Shown here: positions 15,291 to 23,820 of the stretch, one piece after another
How positions within the stretch are numbered: the first letter of the stretch is position 1
Layout of the letters: the number at the start of each line of letters is the position of its first letter
Source of the DNA: Archangiaceae bacterium
Lineage (GTDB): Bacteria > Myxococcota > Myxococcia > Myxococcales > Myxococcaceae
Assembly: GCA_043750125.1 (NCBI GenBank)
Contig: JAYVCD010000206.1
Span: 1-23,820, forward strand
DNA: 23,820 nt
Direction of reading: 5' to 3'
Notes under the pieces: model-generated
The model's database searches: none
What the model was told of the DNA's origin: nothing
The model's input: only the letters and a program-made list of their open reading frames with translations
Translations under genes and position numbers: made by a program

Positions 15291-17198
15291 ATGAAATTCA
15301 CTGGATGCTTGAGCGTTCTTTTACTTGCCGTTGGCTGCAGTTCGGGCGGTGCGGTGACCGATGCGGGGGTCGAGCCGGCCCACCTGCTCTGGAGCGCAGA
15401 CGCGCAGAGCCTCGAAAATCCGTTTCCGGACACCCGACTGCTCACCGCGACCGGGGCCGCGCTGCGCCCCGATTTCTACAAGCCGTTCATGCTGCCGAAG
15501 GCGATTACCCCCAAGGCGAAGACCTTCTTCAAGGGCTACATCACGTCTGCGGCGACCGAGGTCCACGGCTTCGGGAACTTCGGGATCACGTTGATACGCA
15601 CCTCGCAGCCGGTCGACCCAGCCTCGCTGGCCGGCACCGTGGCGCGGCTGCGAAAGACGGCCAGCGGCTACGAAGTGCTCGAGGCGAGCGTGGTCATCGA
15701 GCACTCGACCGACGTGCTCAAGGGCACCCCGCGCAGCCTGGTCGCGCCCGACGGAGGCGTGCTGGACTTCCCCGAGTTCTTCCTCGCCCGGGTCGGGGTC
15801 CCGCTGCCCGAAGGAGAAGAAGGCCTGCTGGTGCTGAAGAAGGGGATCAAGACCAAAGGGGGCGAGCTGCTCTCGCGGGGCTGGTCGTGGGAGAAGGATT
15901 CCTCGCGCCCGGACTTGAAGGCGGTCGCTGCCGCGCTGAACATTGCCGAGAGCGACGTGCTGTTGGCGCTGCCGCAGAAGGCGGCGAATGTGACCGCTCC
16001 GCTCAAGGCGTTGGCGGCGTGGGTCGACACCGCCCCCGGGCTCGCGGCGGTGATGATCCCCACCAAGGGCATGGAGCCATACGGCAATTCGACCCGGCCG
16101 GTCGGGATCTGGTCGAGCACCGATTCCGACTGGGGGACGCTCAAGTACTGGCTCGAGACGGCGTCGTTCGGCAGGCCAGCGACGGACGTGGCCAAAGTGG
16201 TGATTGGCGAAATCGCCGCCCGGGATCTGCGCGCCGCAGGGGTGTGGACCCCCGAACGGATTTCCGACCCCACCCAGGCCCCGGTGGTGCCGCTGCGGTT
16301 CGTGCTCAGCATTCCGTCCGGAACGAAGCCCGCCGGGGGTTGGCCGACCGTGGTGGTCGCGCACGGACTGGGAGGCCGCAACATTCCGGTCAACGGCGAC
16401 AACGATTCCTATTGTCTGGAGCTCGCGCAGTGGCTGGCGACGAAGGGGCTGGCCTGCCTGGGCATCGACGCTCCGAGCCATGGGACGCGCGGCAACCTGT
16501 TCGACTTCTTCGAGGTCGAAAACCCGGCGGCGATTCGAGACAAGTTTCGCGAGATGTCCTTCGACCTGTTGCAGTTGAGCCGGGCGGCGCCGAGCATCGA
16601 CGTAGACGGGGACGGCCAGGGAGACCTGTCGCCCGACCTGGGTTTTTTTGGAAATTCTCTGGGCGGAATCATGGGCTCGGGGTTCGTGCCGATCGCGCCC
16701 CGAATCAAGTACGCGGTGCTCAATGTCCCGGGGGGAGGGCTGGCGAACATCCTCGTCAGCGACGACATTCGCGATCGCATCGGCCTGTTGATCATCTCGA
16801 AGATCGATGGGTCGTTCGACACGCTCGAGTACTACTCGTCGTTCATGATTTTCCGCGCCACGTCGCAGGCGTTCCTCGACGCGGCAGACCCGGTGAATTT
16901 TGCGGCGTCACTGCCGGCCGAGCGGGCGGTGTTGATGCAGGAAGGACTGGGAGACCTGGTGATTCCGAACTTCACCACCGAGAACCTGGCCGCGGCGATG
17001 AAGCTAAAGGTTCCGACCGCGAACGTCAGTGGGACGGCCGCGCTGCAGGTGCTCTCGCACGCAGACCCCGCCAGGTACCTGCCGCCCGCCGAGGCGAAGG
17101 TCTACAACGGCCACAACGTGTTCGGCTCGTTTGCTCCGGTGCGAGCCCAGGCGATGAAGTTTCTCGAGAGCCGGGGACGCGAGTACCAGGGCCCCTGA
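15291..17198 (+). CDS. Lipoprotein alpha/beta-hydrolase (lipase/phospholipase-like)
   Basis: Signal peptide with lipobox AVG-C16; oxyanion segment VVAHGLGG; IDAPSHGTR; nucleophile elbow GNSLG (16650..16664); candidate Asp (GDLVIPN) and His (NGHN). Confidence 0.8.
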   Translation: MKFTGCLSVLLLAVGCSSGGAVTDAGVEPAHLLWSADAQSLENPFPDTRLLTATGAALRPDFYKPFMLPKAITPKAKTFFKGYITSAATEVHGFGNFGITLIRTSQPVDPASLAGTVARLRKTASGYEVLEASVVIEHSTDVLKGTPRSLVAPDGGVLDFPEFFLARVGVPLPEGEEGLLVLKKGIKTKGGELLSRGWSWEKDSSRPDLKAVAAALNIAESDVLLALPQKAANVTAPLKALAAWVDTAPGLAAVMIPTKGMEPYGNSTRPVGIWSSTDSDWGTLKYWLETASFGRPATDVAKVVIGEIAARDLRAAGVWTPERISDPTQAPVVPLRFVLSIPSGTKPAGGWPTVVVAHGLGGRNIPVNGDNDSYCLELAQWLATKGLACLGIDAPSHGTRGNLFDFFEVENPAAIRDKFREMSFDLLQLSRAAPSIDVDGDGQGDLSPDLGFFGNSLGGIMGSGFVPIAPRIKYAVLNVPGGGLANILVSDDIRDRIGLLIISKIDGSFDTLEYYSSFMIFRATSQAFLDAADPVNFAASLPAERAVLMQEGLGDLVIPNFTTENLAAAMKLKVPTANVSGTAALQVLSHADPARYLPPAEAKVYNGHNVFGSFAPVRAQAMKFLESRGREYQGP

Positions 17199-17524
17199 TG
17201 TCGGTCAGACGAATTGCGTTGGGCCCGGCCAATCTCAAAGAGGGTGAGATGCGCAGCTACAAGGTCGGTAAGCGCGACCTGCTGATCGCCCGGGTCAACG
17301 GCAACTACAAGTCGCTGGACGATTGGTGCAACCACGCGGGCTGCCTGCTCTCGGGCGGGCGGCTGGAAAAGAACACCGTCGTCTGCCCCTGCCATGAAGT
17401 GGCCTTCGATCTCGACACCGGCGTGAATGTGACTTCGCCGGGAGTGTGCGAGGACCAGGTGGCGTTCAAGGCCCAGGTCGAAGAGGGCCAGCTGATCGTC
17501 ATCGGAGACGTTCCTACGCAGTGA
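17198..17524 (+). CDS. Rieske [2Fe-2S] ferredoxin (108 aa)
   Basis: CNH...CPCH Rieske ligands and FDLDTG. The ATG overlaps the lipase stop (TGATG). Confidence 0.92.
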   Translation: MSVRRIALGPANLKEGEMRSYKVGKRDLLIARVNGNYKSLDDWCNHAGCLLSGGRLEKNTVVCPCHEVAFDLDTGVNVTSPGVCEDQVAFKAQVEEGQLIVIGDVPTQ

Positions 17525-18405
17525 TTTCCACCGGCCGCGCCGCGAAATTGAAGCCGATGCTCGATGCCTTCGCCGATGACCGTTCGTGGGGTCACCGCGT
17601 CGCTTCCGACCCGATCGAGCTCGTGCACCGGTATTCGGACCCCCGGGACATCGAGGTCAGTGGGCTGTTGGCGGCGGCGCTGGCTTACGGGCGCGCAGAC
17701 TTGTTCAAGCCCAAGGTCGACGGGCTGCTGAAGCAGATGGGACGTTCGCCGGCGCAGTTCGTCGAGGCGTTGACCGTGGGGGGCGCGGCGAGCTTGTTGG
17801 AAGGGTTCGTCTACCGCTTCAACCTCGGCACCGATGTGGCGGTGCTGCTGACCGGAATGGGCGCGACGCTGCGCACCCACGGCAGCCTCGAGGCGCTGGT
17901 GGTCGAGGGGCTCAATCAGACCGGCAGCATTCACGGGGCGCTGGCGCACTTGACGGGGGGGCTGCGCAAGGCGGCTCCGCTGGTGCAGCTGCGGCAGAAG
18001 CTCGGGCCGGATCGCGGGCTGCACCACCTGTTGCCTCACCCGCTGGGGGCAGGAGCGGCCAAGCGCCTCAACCTCTACCTTCGGTGGATGGTGCGCGGCC
18101 CTGACCCGGTCGACTTCGGGGTGTGGCGAAAAATCCCCAGCGCGCGACTGGTGATTCCACTCGACACCCACGTGCAGCGCATCTCGAAGTTGCTCGGGTT
18201 GACGAAGCGAAACGACTTGTCCTGGCGTACCGCGGAAGACGTGACCGCGTCGCTGCGGCTGCTCGACCCGACTGATCCGGTTCGCTACGACTTCGCGCTG
18301 TGCCACTACGGAATGAGCGGGGCGTGTCCTTCCAAGCCGGTGAGGGTCAACTGCGTGAAGTGCTCGCTGCGGGGCGAGTGCCGGGTGGGGAAGCGGCTGG
18401 GCTGA
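17521..18405 (+). CDS. TIGR02757/DUF2400-family protein (HhH DNA-glycosylase-like, putative DNA repair) with a C-terminal Cys cluster
   Basis: SDPIELVHRY, DIEVSGLLAAALAYG, AAKRLNLYLRWMVR, DFGVW, IPLDTHVQRI, DPVRYDFALCH. The GTG start overlaps the Rieske stop (GTGA). Confidence 0.88.
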   Translation: MISTGRAAKLKPMLDAFADDRSWGHRVASDPIELVHRYSDPRDIEVSGLLAAALAYGRADLFKPKVDGLLKQMGRSPAQFVEALTVGGAASLLEGFVYRFNLGTDVAVLLTGMGATLRTHGSLEALVVEGLNQTGSIHGALAHLTGGLRKAAPLVQLRQKLGPDRGLHHLLPHPLGAGAAKRLNLYLRWMVRGPDPVDFGVWRKIPSARLVIPLDTHVQRISKLLGLTKRNDLSWRTAEDVTASLRLLDPTDPVRYDFALCHYGMSGACPSKPVRVNCVKCSLRGECRVGKRLG

Positions 18406-18409
18406 CGCT

Positions 18410-19867
18410 TCATTCCCTCACCCGGAAGATGTTCTTCAGCCGGGCGAGAATATCCGTCGCCTTGACCCCGGGTTCCAGCTGCGCGGCGGTCACCTTGTCG
18501 TGAAGCTCGATCTTCCGCGTCGCCAGCACGTCGGCGAGCTTCTGGGCCAGGCCCTGGTGTTCGGCGAAGTGGCGGCCAAAAGCTTCCCGGTCGAGCTCCA
18601 ACAAGACGGAGTCCTCGTGGGCGGTGACGGTGGCGGTGCGCGGCTCGCCGGTCAGCAGCGACATCTCACCAAAGTAGTTTCCGCGGGCCAGGCGGGCCAC
18701 CTCGGTGTTCGCCTTTCCCGCCATCACAGACAATGAGCCGCGGGTGACGACGAAGAACGTGTGGCCGTCTTCGCCTTCGTTGATCACGTGCTCGCCCCGG
18801 CCGAAGTGCCGCTCGCGGGCGTGGGTGGCGATCTCCATCCGTTCGGCTTCGGTGAAGGGGGCGAAGAGGTCGAGCTCTTGGAGCAGCGCCTGGTGGACGT
18901 GGGCCCGCTGAGGCTCGTTGCGAACGGTGACCACCCGCTGAGGGAAGGGGATCTCGATTCCCGCGCGACCAAAGCGGTACCAGAGCCGGCTGTAGATTTC
19001 GCCCTGGGCGCGCAGCGAGTCGGCATAGCTGAGCAGGTAGCAGCGAATGAGGTACTGCACCGAAGACTCGGCAAAGCTCTGGGTGTGCACCTGCGGCGGT
19101 GGGTCGGTCAGCACCATCGGAATCGCCTTCAACGCTTCGAGCACTTCGTGCTTCACCTGGTTCGGAGGGGCGGAAAAGGTGACTCCGAACGTGAGGTCGA
19201 TGGCGACCGGGCACCCGCCGCGGCTGAAGTTCTTGACCGCTTCCTTCGCGATCATGCTGTTGGGCAGCGTGATGTGCTCTTGGCGGACCGTCTCGATGCG
19301 GGTCGAGCGCCAGGCGATCTCGACTACCCTTCCGCTGTGCGGCCCCACGGTCACGTAGTCGCCGACATCGAACGGCTTCTCGAGCTGCACCGCCAGGCCT
19401 GAGAACAGATTGCCCAGGGTGTCCTGCAGCGCGAGGCCGAGCACCAGCGAGACGACGGCCGAAGTTCCCAGCAACGTGGTCACGTCGATCGCCAGCTGGG
19501 TCTTCAGAATCGGAATCGTGACCGCGACGTAGAGGACGAAGTCGGTCAGATCTCGGACGATCTTGCTGGTGGGCGAATGGCGCAGCTGTCGAAACGCACC
19601 CAACCCCAGCGAGACCATCGCGCGTACGCCGCCGAACGCGAACGCGAGCATCCAGACCACGCGCATCGCGGTGCCGACGCCCTTGGGGACGTGGTCTTCG
19701 ATGCCCGCCCCCAATAGTCGCAGGGCGAGGAAAATCGTGAAGAGGAAGAAGCTGCCGCGCAAATCTTTCTTCAGCTGAGCGTCGCGAGAAAATTGCCGAA
19801 CGGTGACAACAAAGAGCCACGCCAGCGCGCCCAGCCCAAGCAGGAAGTAGCTGTGCAAGAAGTTCAT
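18410..19867 (-). CDS. MscS-family mechanosensitive channel with a C-terminal cyclic-nucleotide-binding domain (bCNG-like)
   Basis: N-terminal TM helices; GLALQDTLGNLFSG, KPFDVGD, WRSTRI, LPNS, IEIPFPQR; cNMP domain YFGEMSLLTGEPRTATV. Start taken as ATG 19867. Confidence 0.93.
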   Translation of the reverse strand: MNFLHSYFLLGLGALAWLFVVTVRQFSRDAQLKKDLRGSFFLFTIFLALRLLGAGIEDHVPKGVGTAMRVVWMLAFAFGGVRAMVSLGLGAFRQLRHSPTSKIVRDLTDFVLYVAVTIPILKTQLAIDVTTLLGTSAVVSLVLGLALQDTLGNLFSGLAVQLEKPFDVGDYVTVGPHSGRVVEIAWRSTRIETVRQEHITLPNSMIAKEAVKNFSRGGCPVAIDLTFGVTFSAPPNQVKHEVLEALKAIPMVLTDPPPQVHTQSFAESSVQYLIRCYLLSYADSLRAQGEIYSRLWYRFGRAGIEIPFPQRVVTVRNEPQRAHVHQALLQELDLFAPFTEAERMEIATHARERHFGRGEHVINEGEDGHTFFVVTRGSLSVMAGKANTEVARLARGNYFGEMSLLTGEPRTATVTAHEDSVLLELDREAFGRHFAEHQGLAQKLADVLATRKIELHDKVTAAQLEPGVKATDILARLKNIFRVRE

Positions 19868-19891
19868 GGCGGTGGGGGGAAGGGCGTTTGA

Positions 19892-19920
19892 GTTATACGC
19901 CCGCAACGCCGTTGTCCGAA
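19892..19920 (-). promoter_or_regulatory. Possible sigma70-type promoter for the MscS-cNMP gene (TTCGGA-N17-TATAAC)
   Basis: The -10 matches consensus at 5/6 with a 17-nt spacer; the -35 is weak. Confidence 0.3.
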
Positions 19921-20027
19921 GTGCGGCATCAACCGCGGGCCATCGAAGCGCCGATGTTTCGCAGGCCTTGATCGCGTCCGCTGATTCTGCTTCGGAAGGT
20001 CAAGATTTGCGTGGAGCTTCTTCTCGA

Positions 20028-20462
20028 TCAAGGCGCCCAGCGACAGTCCCTACTCGAGGGTGGCCATTGATGGCGGAAGGCAGTCCAGGAAGCTGGATTA
20101 GAATCGGCCAACATTGCCGATTCGGGGCGGAAACCTTCGCGCGCGTCTTCGACGGCAGTCAAAATGCGGCGCGTGCCGGCAGCGTGTTTTCGACCCGACG
20201 GGTGGTTCGCGTAGCGACGCGAGCGGGTCCACCCCATTTGAAGAAATTTGCGCGCCATGTCCATGCCCACGAAGTCGTCATGCGCGCCGTAGTCGACGAA
20301 CTTCCTCCACAGCGCTTTGACTGAAGCGCGTGCCGCCGTCGGAGTCGCGAACCGCCAGATTGGCAGCAGCTCACTTTTGTACGGCTCGACGGTGAGCACG
20401 CCCTGTTCGCCGCGGCCGATGACGTAGCGCTCAGGGTTCGCCCGAAAATCGGTGGTGGTCAC
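20028..20462 (-). CDS. DUF4385-family protein, probably 3'-truncated or degenerate
   Basis: DFRANPERYVIGRGEQGVLTVEPYKSELLPIWRF and DDFVGMDMARKFLQMGWTRSRRYANH are typical of the family; the last ~35 aa lose GC-rich third positions and family resemblance. Confidence 0.75.
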   Translation of the reverse strand: MTTTDFRANPERYVIGRGEQGVLTVEPYKSELLPIWRFATPTAARASVKALWRKFVDYGAHDDFVGMDMARKFLQMGWTRSRRYANHPSGRKHAAGTRRILTAVEDAREGFRPESAMLADSNPASWTAFRHQWPPSSRDCRWAP

Positions 20463-20680
20463 GTCGCGCAGCCGCAGGCGAATGGGGCCCCTCGCCGCCA
20501 GCGCATCGACCGGCCGACATCAGCACCCGCCATTTCTTCGAATCGACCGCTCGAGCCACACCGGCACTGTTGCCGAGGCGGTTGGGACGCCGGTTTGGCT
20601 ACCTTTCGGCACGGTGTACGTCTCGGATCTCCAGAACATTTTGTTTGAGCCGTTTCTGACCCCTGAAGCTTCCTTAAGAC

Positions 20681-22537
20681 GTGCTCGCCCGACGCCTCAG
20701 CCCGTGGACCGCAGTGCTGCTGTGCGCCATCGCCTGTGAGGGGAAGATTTCCCAGCCTGCCAACCCGCTTGGCAACAGGGTCGGTGGGGGAAACACCCTG
20801 CCCACCCCGGTGCTCTCTTTCGAGTGCGCGCCCACCGCCGACCCGACCGCTTCCGTCGTCCTGCGGCTGACGAAGAGCCAGTACCGCAACACGCTCGAAG
20901 ACCTGCTCGGCCACGCGTTTACCCCGGCCCAGGTTCAGACCCTGCTGTCTTCCACCGAGCTGGCGCCGCTGCTGGCCTCGATTCCCGTCGACGGCAGCGG
21001 CGGCAAGAAGCTCATCTACGACACCGAAGACCAGCGCATCAGCACCCTGCTCGTCGACCCGCAGCTCAACCTCGCCACCGCCATCGCCGACTGGGTGGCC
21101 GCCGATGCGACGCGGCTCGATTCCTTCGCGCGGGCGTTCGGAGGCACAGCGCCCTGCGCGACCGTCACCGCCACCGGCTGCGTCGATGCGGTGGTCGCGG
21201 GCCTGGGGCTGCGTGCGCTGCGCCGGCCGTTGGATCCTGCCGACGGGGACGCGGCCTTCTACCGGCAGGCGTACGACGCGCCGACCTGGGGCGGCTACCG
21301 CGGGCTGATCGCCGCCTACCTGATGTCGCCCGGCTTCCTCTTCCGCACCGAGTTCAAAGGCCTCGCCGTCGGCGCCCGCACCGACTTGAGCCGCCTCAAC
21401 CCTTACGAGCTCGCCTCGCGCCTGTCGTTCGTCATCACCCATTCGATGCCCGACGAAGCGCTGTTCGCCGCCGCGGAAGCCGACTTCACCGGCCCAGGCA
21501 ACACCGTCACCGAGCAGGTCGAACGGCTGCTGCGGAACGCGCGCGCTCGAAAGCAGTTCGACAACTTCTTCCGACAGTGGCTGCGGCTGGATCACGTCGC
21601 GTCATTCAACCCGTCGGCCCTCTCGGTGCTGCCGCTGATGTACCCCGACAACTCGGCCGCGGCGCTGCCTACGACGACCAACCTCGGCCAGCTGCGGCTC
21701 GACGCGTACGAAGAGATGGTCGCGCTCACCCTGTATTACGCAGTCGGCAAGCCGAACGGCTCGATGCGCGATGTGCTGACCAGCGACGTCTCGTTCGCCA
21801 CCAGCGCTGACCTCGCCCGCATCTACGGCGTCGCGCCGTGGGAAGGGCCGAAGGCCGACGGCTCCATCGACGAAGCAAAGCTGGTGCACTTCCCCGCCGG
21901 CCAGCGGTCGGGCCTCTTCACCCGCGCGGGTTACCTGCTGTCGGGCTACCCTGATTCGAACCCGATCATTCGTGGCGCGCGGCTGCGGGTCGACTACCTG
22001 TGTGACGGGCTGCAGCCCCCGAACGATACGTCACAGCCGATGGGCTACGTTGCTCCGGCGGTTGCGTCGGTGCGAAACCTGGTGTCGGCGAAGACCGAGA
22101 TCAACGGCACCGCCTGCAAAGGCTGCCACGCGACGAGCATCAACCCTCTGGGCTTCACGTTCGAGGGCTACGACGCGTTCGGCCGCTTCCGAAACCAGGA
22201 AGCCATCTTCGACGCGACCGGCAACGTGGCTCAGTGGGTGCCGGTCAACTCGATCACCACCCCCGACATCGATCGCAACGGGACCCAGAAGACAGCCGCC
22301 AACGCGCTCGAGCTGTCGAGCCTCGTCTCCTCATCCGACCGCTTCCACGCCTGCTTCGCCCGCCACGCGTTTCGTTACGCCTCCGGACGCGCCGAAGTCA
22401 CCGCGAAGGGCGCGCAGACGCAAGACGGCTGCCTGCTGCAGAGCCTCACCACCGCTTCTTCGACCGGCAGTATTCAGGACGTGATGCGGAAGCTGACGAA
22501 GTCCTCCGAGTTCGCGCTGCGGAAAATCGAGAACTGA
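20681..22537 (+). CDS. DUF1587/DUF1595/DUF1592/DUF1588-type (PSD/PSCyt) lipoprotein with a CxxCH putative haem-c motif
   Basis: Lipobox-like AIA-C19; RLTKSQYRNTLEDLLG; GLRALRRPL; LMSPGFLFRTE; YELASRLSF...SMPDEALF; RSGLFT...PIIRG; CKGCH (22115..22129); PLGFTFEGYDAFGRFR. Confidence 0.88.
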   Translation: MLARRLSPWTAVLLCAIACEGKISQPANPLGNRVGGGNTLPTPVLSFECAPTADPTASVVLRLTKSQYRNTLEDLLGHAFTPAQVQTLLSSTELAPLLASIPVDGSGGKKLIYDTEDQRISTLLVDPQLNLATAIADWVAADATRLDSFARAFGGTAPCATVTATGCVDAVVAGLGLRALRRPLDPADGDAAFYRQAYDAPTWGGYRGLIAAYLMSPGFLFRTEFKGLAVGARTDLSRLNPYELASRLSFVITHSMPDEALFAAAEADFTGPGNTVTEQVERLLRNARARKQFDNFFRQWLRLDHVASFNPSALSVLPLMYPDNSAAALPTTTNLGQLRLDAYEEMVALTLYYAVGKPNGSMRDVLTSDVSFATSADLARIYGVAPWEGPKADGSIDEAKLVHFPAGQRSGLFTRAGYLLSGYPDSNPIIRGARLRVDYLCDGLQPPNDTSQPMGYVAPAVASVRNLVSAKTEINGTACKGCHATSINPLGFTFEGYDAFGRFRNQEAIFDATGNVAQWVPVNSITTPDIDRNGTQKTAANALELSSLVSSSDRFHACFARHAFRYASGRAEVTAKGAQTQDGCLLQSLTTASSTGSIQDVMRKLTKSSEFALRKIEN

Positions 22538-22541
22538 CGAC

Positions 22542-23820
22542 ATGAAATACGACCGACTGAGCCGACGCCATCTGCTGCAGGGGTTGGGTGGTTTCACCCT
22601 CGCGCTTCCGCTGTTGCCCTCGCTGATGGGCCGCGGCGAAGCGCAGACGGTGGCGCTGCCGCGCTTCTTCGTCACGTCGTGGGTCAGCCATGGCGGCCTG
22701 GGCTGCGACAACGTCTTTCCGATGTCTTCGGGCGCGCTCGCCTCGCGCGACCTGTTTCCAGCCACCACAGGCTTCGTCGCCCACTCCATTCAGAGCGGCC
22801 GGCTCGTCGACTTGAAGCGCACCTACGCGCAGACCGCCGCCGACCGCGGGCTGCCGATGGACGACTTCGAGCCCGGAGTCGCGCGCGTCTCGCCGCTGCT
22901 GGGCAGCTTCTTGAGCGACGCGCTGCTCAACAAGATGAACGTGCTGCAGGGCATCGACAACCTGCACTGGGGCGGCCACACCCGCGGCTACCTCGGCAAC
23001 TTCGTCAACCGGGACGGGGCCAACGACAACGGCCTGGCGAACGCTCCGATTCCGACCATCGACTACGTCATCTCGCAGTCGTCGAAGTTCTACTCGGCGG
23101 CTGAACGGCCCCTGGTCAAAGCGCCAGTGCTGTCGGCGACGTGGACCCAGCTGTCGTCGTTCAAGTCGGGCAGCGCCGTCGCCAACAACCCGTTCAATTG
23201 CCGCACCGTCGGGCAGATCTACGACCTGCTCTTCAACGGCGTGATGACCCAGCCGGGGAAGACCGACCCCCGCGTCAGCGTCGTCGATCGCGTGCAGGCC
23301 GACTACGCGCGCGTCTCGAAGGGCGCCTTCGGCCCGGGTCGCCGCATCGGCCAGGCCGACCGCGTGCGGCTCGATGAGTACCTGGAAGGCGTGAAGACGA
23401 TCGGCGACCGGATGAAGTCGATGGTCAGCGCCGGCTGCTCGTTGCCCACCGTGACCACCGCCCAGCGCGCGTTGATGACCCGCGAAGGCGAGGCCGACTG
23501 GGAGTGGACTGCAGTGCCCGCAGATCTTCCGTTGCGGCAGGCGAACCAGCGCGAGGCGCTGGAGCTCGTCAATATGATGATCGTCAACGCGTTCCAGTGC
23601 GGCACCACCCGCGCGGTGGTGCGCCAGATGAGCGCGCTCAAAGACCAGTGGGACCCGACGACTTTCAACACTCCCAACCAGTTCGAGGCGAGCCGCACCG
23701 ACGCCCACGGGATGGTCTTCCACAACCACACGCTCGAAGATCGCCAGCGCCACATCGTGAAGAGCCAGCGCTTCATGTTCGAGCACGGCTACGCGGATCT
23801 GATCAAGCGCATGGACGCCG
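22542..23820 (+). CDS. DUF1552 (HXXSHH-type) protein with a twin-arginine signal, partial (runs off the window; missing from the ORF track)
   Basis: MKYDRLSRRHLLQGLGGFTLALPLLPSL...AQ signal; KMNVLQGID, PTIDYVI, DRVRLDEYLE, AFQCGTTR, HGMVFHNH. Starts 4 nt after the DUF1592-type gene, the usual pairing. Confidence 0.88.
   Translation, partial: MKYDRLSRRHLLQGLGGFTLALPLLPSLMGRGEAQTVALPRFFVTSWVSHGGLGCDNVFPMSSGALASRDLFPATTGFVAHSIQSGRLVDLKRTYAQTAADRGLPMDDFEPGVARVSPLLGSFLSDALLNKMNVLQGIDNLHWGGHTRGYLGNFVNRDGANDNGLANAPIPTIDYVISQSSKFYSAAERPLVKAPVLSATWTQLSSFKSGSAVANNPFNCRTVGQIYDLLFNGVMTQPGKTDPRVSVVDRVQADYARVSKGAFGPGRRIGQADRVRLDEYLEGVKTIGDRMKSMVSAGCSLPTVTTAQRALMTREGEADWEWTAVPADLPLRQANQREALELVNMMIVNAFQCGTTRAVVRQMSALKDQWDPTTFNTPNQFEASRTDAHGMVFHNHTLEDRQRHIVKSQRFMFEHGYADLIKRMDA

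Noticed and set aside
15176..17524. 782-aa ORF in the track ending in a Rieske domain
   Set aside because: Its first ~670 aa are Arg/Gly/Pro-rich shadow-frame translation over the lipase gene; the real Rieske gene starts at ATG 17198.
18410..19867. MscS-cNMP fusion as a novel architecture
   Set aside because: This matches the already described bacterial cyclic-nucleotide-gated (bCNG) MscS subfamily.
20463..20680. Intergenic region as a tRNA or structured ncRNA
   Set aside because: No cloverleaf or convincing stem pattern seen by eye; it is most likely a divergent promoter region.

Overview
GC-rich, densely coding bacterial chromosomal segment whose gene content is typical of Myxococcota: a Pkn1-like Ser/Thr kinase, a myxosortase MrtX-like CPBP protease, a lidless Hsp70 paralogue with a J-domain partner, and a DUF1592/DUF1552 pair. 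Order: HDAC-family deacetylase with an extra C-terminal domain (+); small hypothetical (-); OsmC-family protein (+); an internally deleted IS3-family element inside an ~870 bp segment bounded by a 12-bp direct repeat; a minus-strand run Hsp70-like (frameshifted near 8635) > Pro-repeat J-domain/TPR protein > CvpA > speA; a catalytically degenerate class II glutamine amidotransferase-like gene (+); a minus-strand run polX > kinase-PilZ-TPR > FHA > MrtX-like; a translationally coupled plus-strand operon lipase-like lipoprotein > Rieske ferredoxin > TIGR02757/DUF2400 protein; an MscS-cNMP channel (-); a probably 3'-truncated DUF4385 gene (-); a DUF1592-type CxxCH lipoprotein and a Tat-signal DUF1552 protein that runs off the right end. 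No rRNA, tRNA or CRISPR array was seen. Notable non-coding signals are TANNNT hexamers a few bases upstream of several start codons, one apparently bidirectional -10 pair (polX/lipase), an identical 10-mer before the speA and kinase starts, and a perfect 12-bp hairpin abutting the kinase ATG. All family assignments come from motif recognition by eye; no database search was run.
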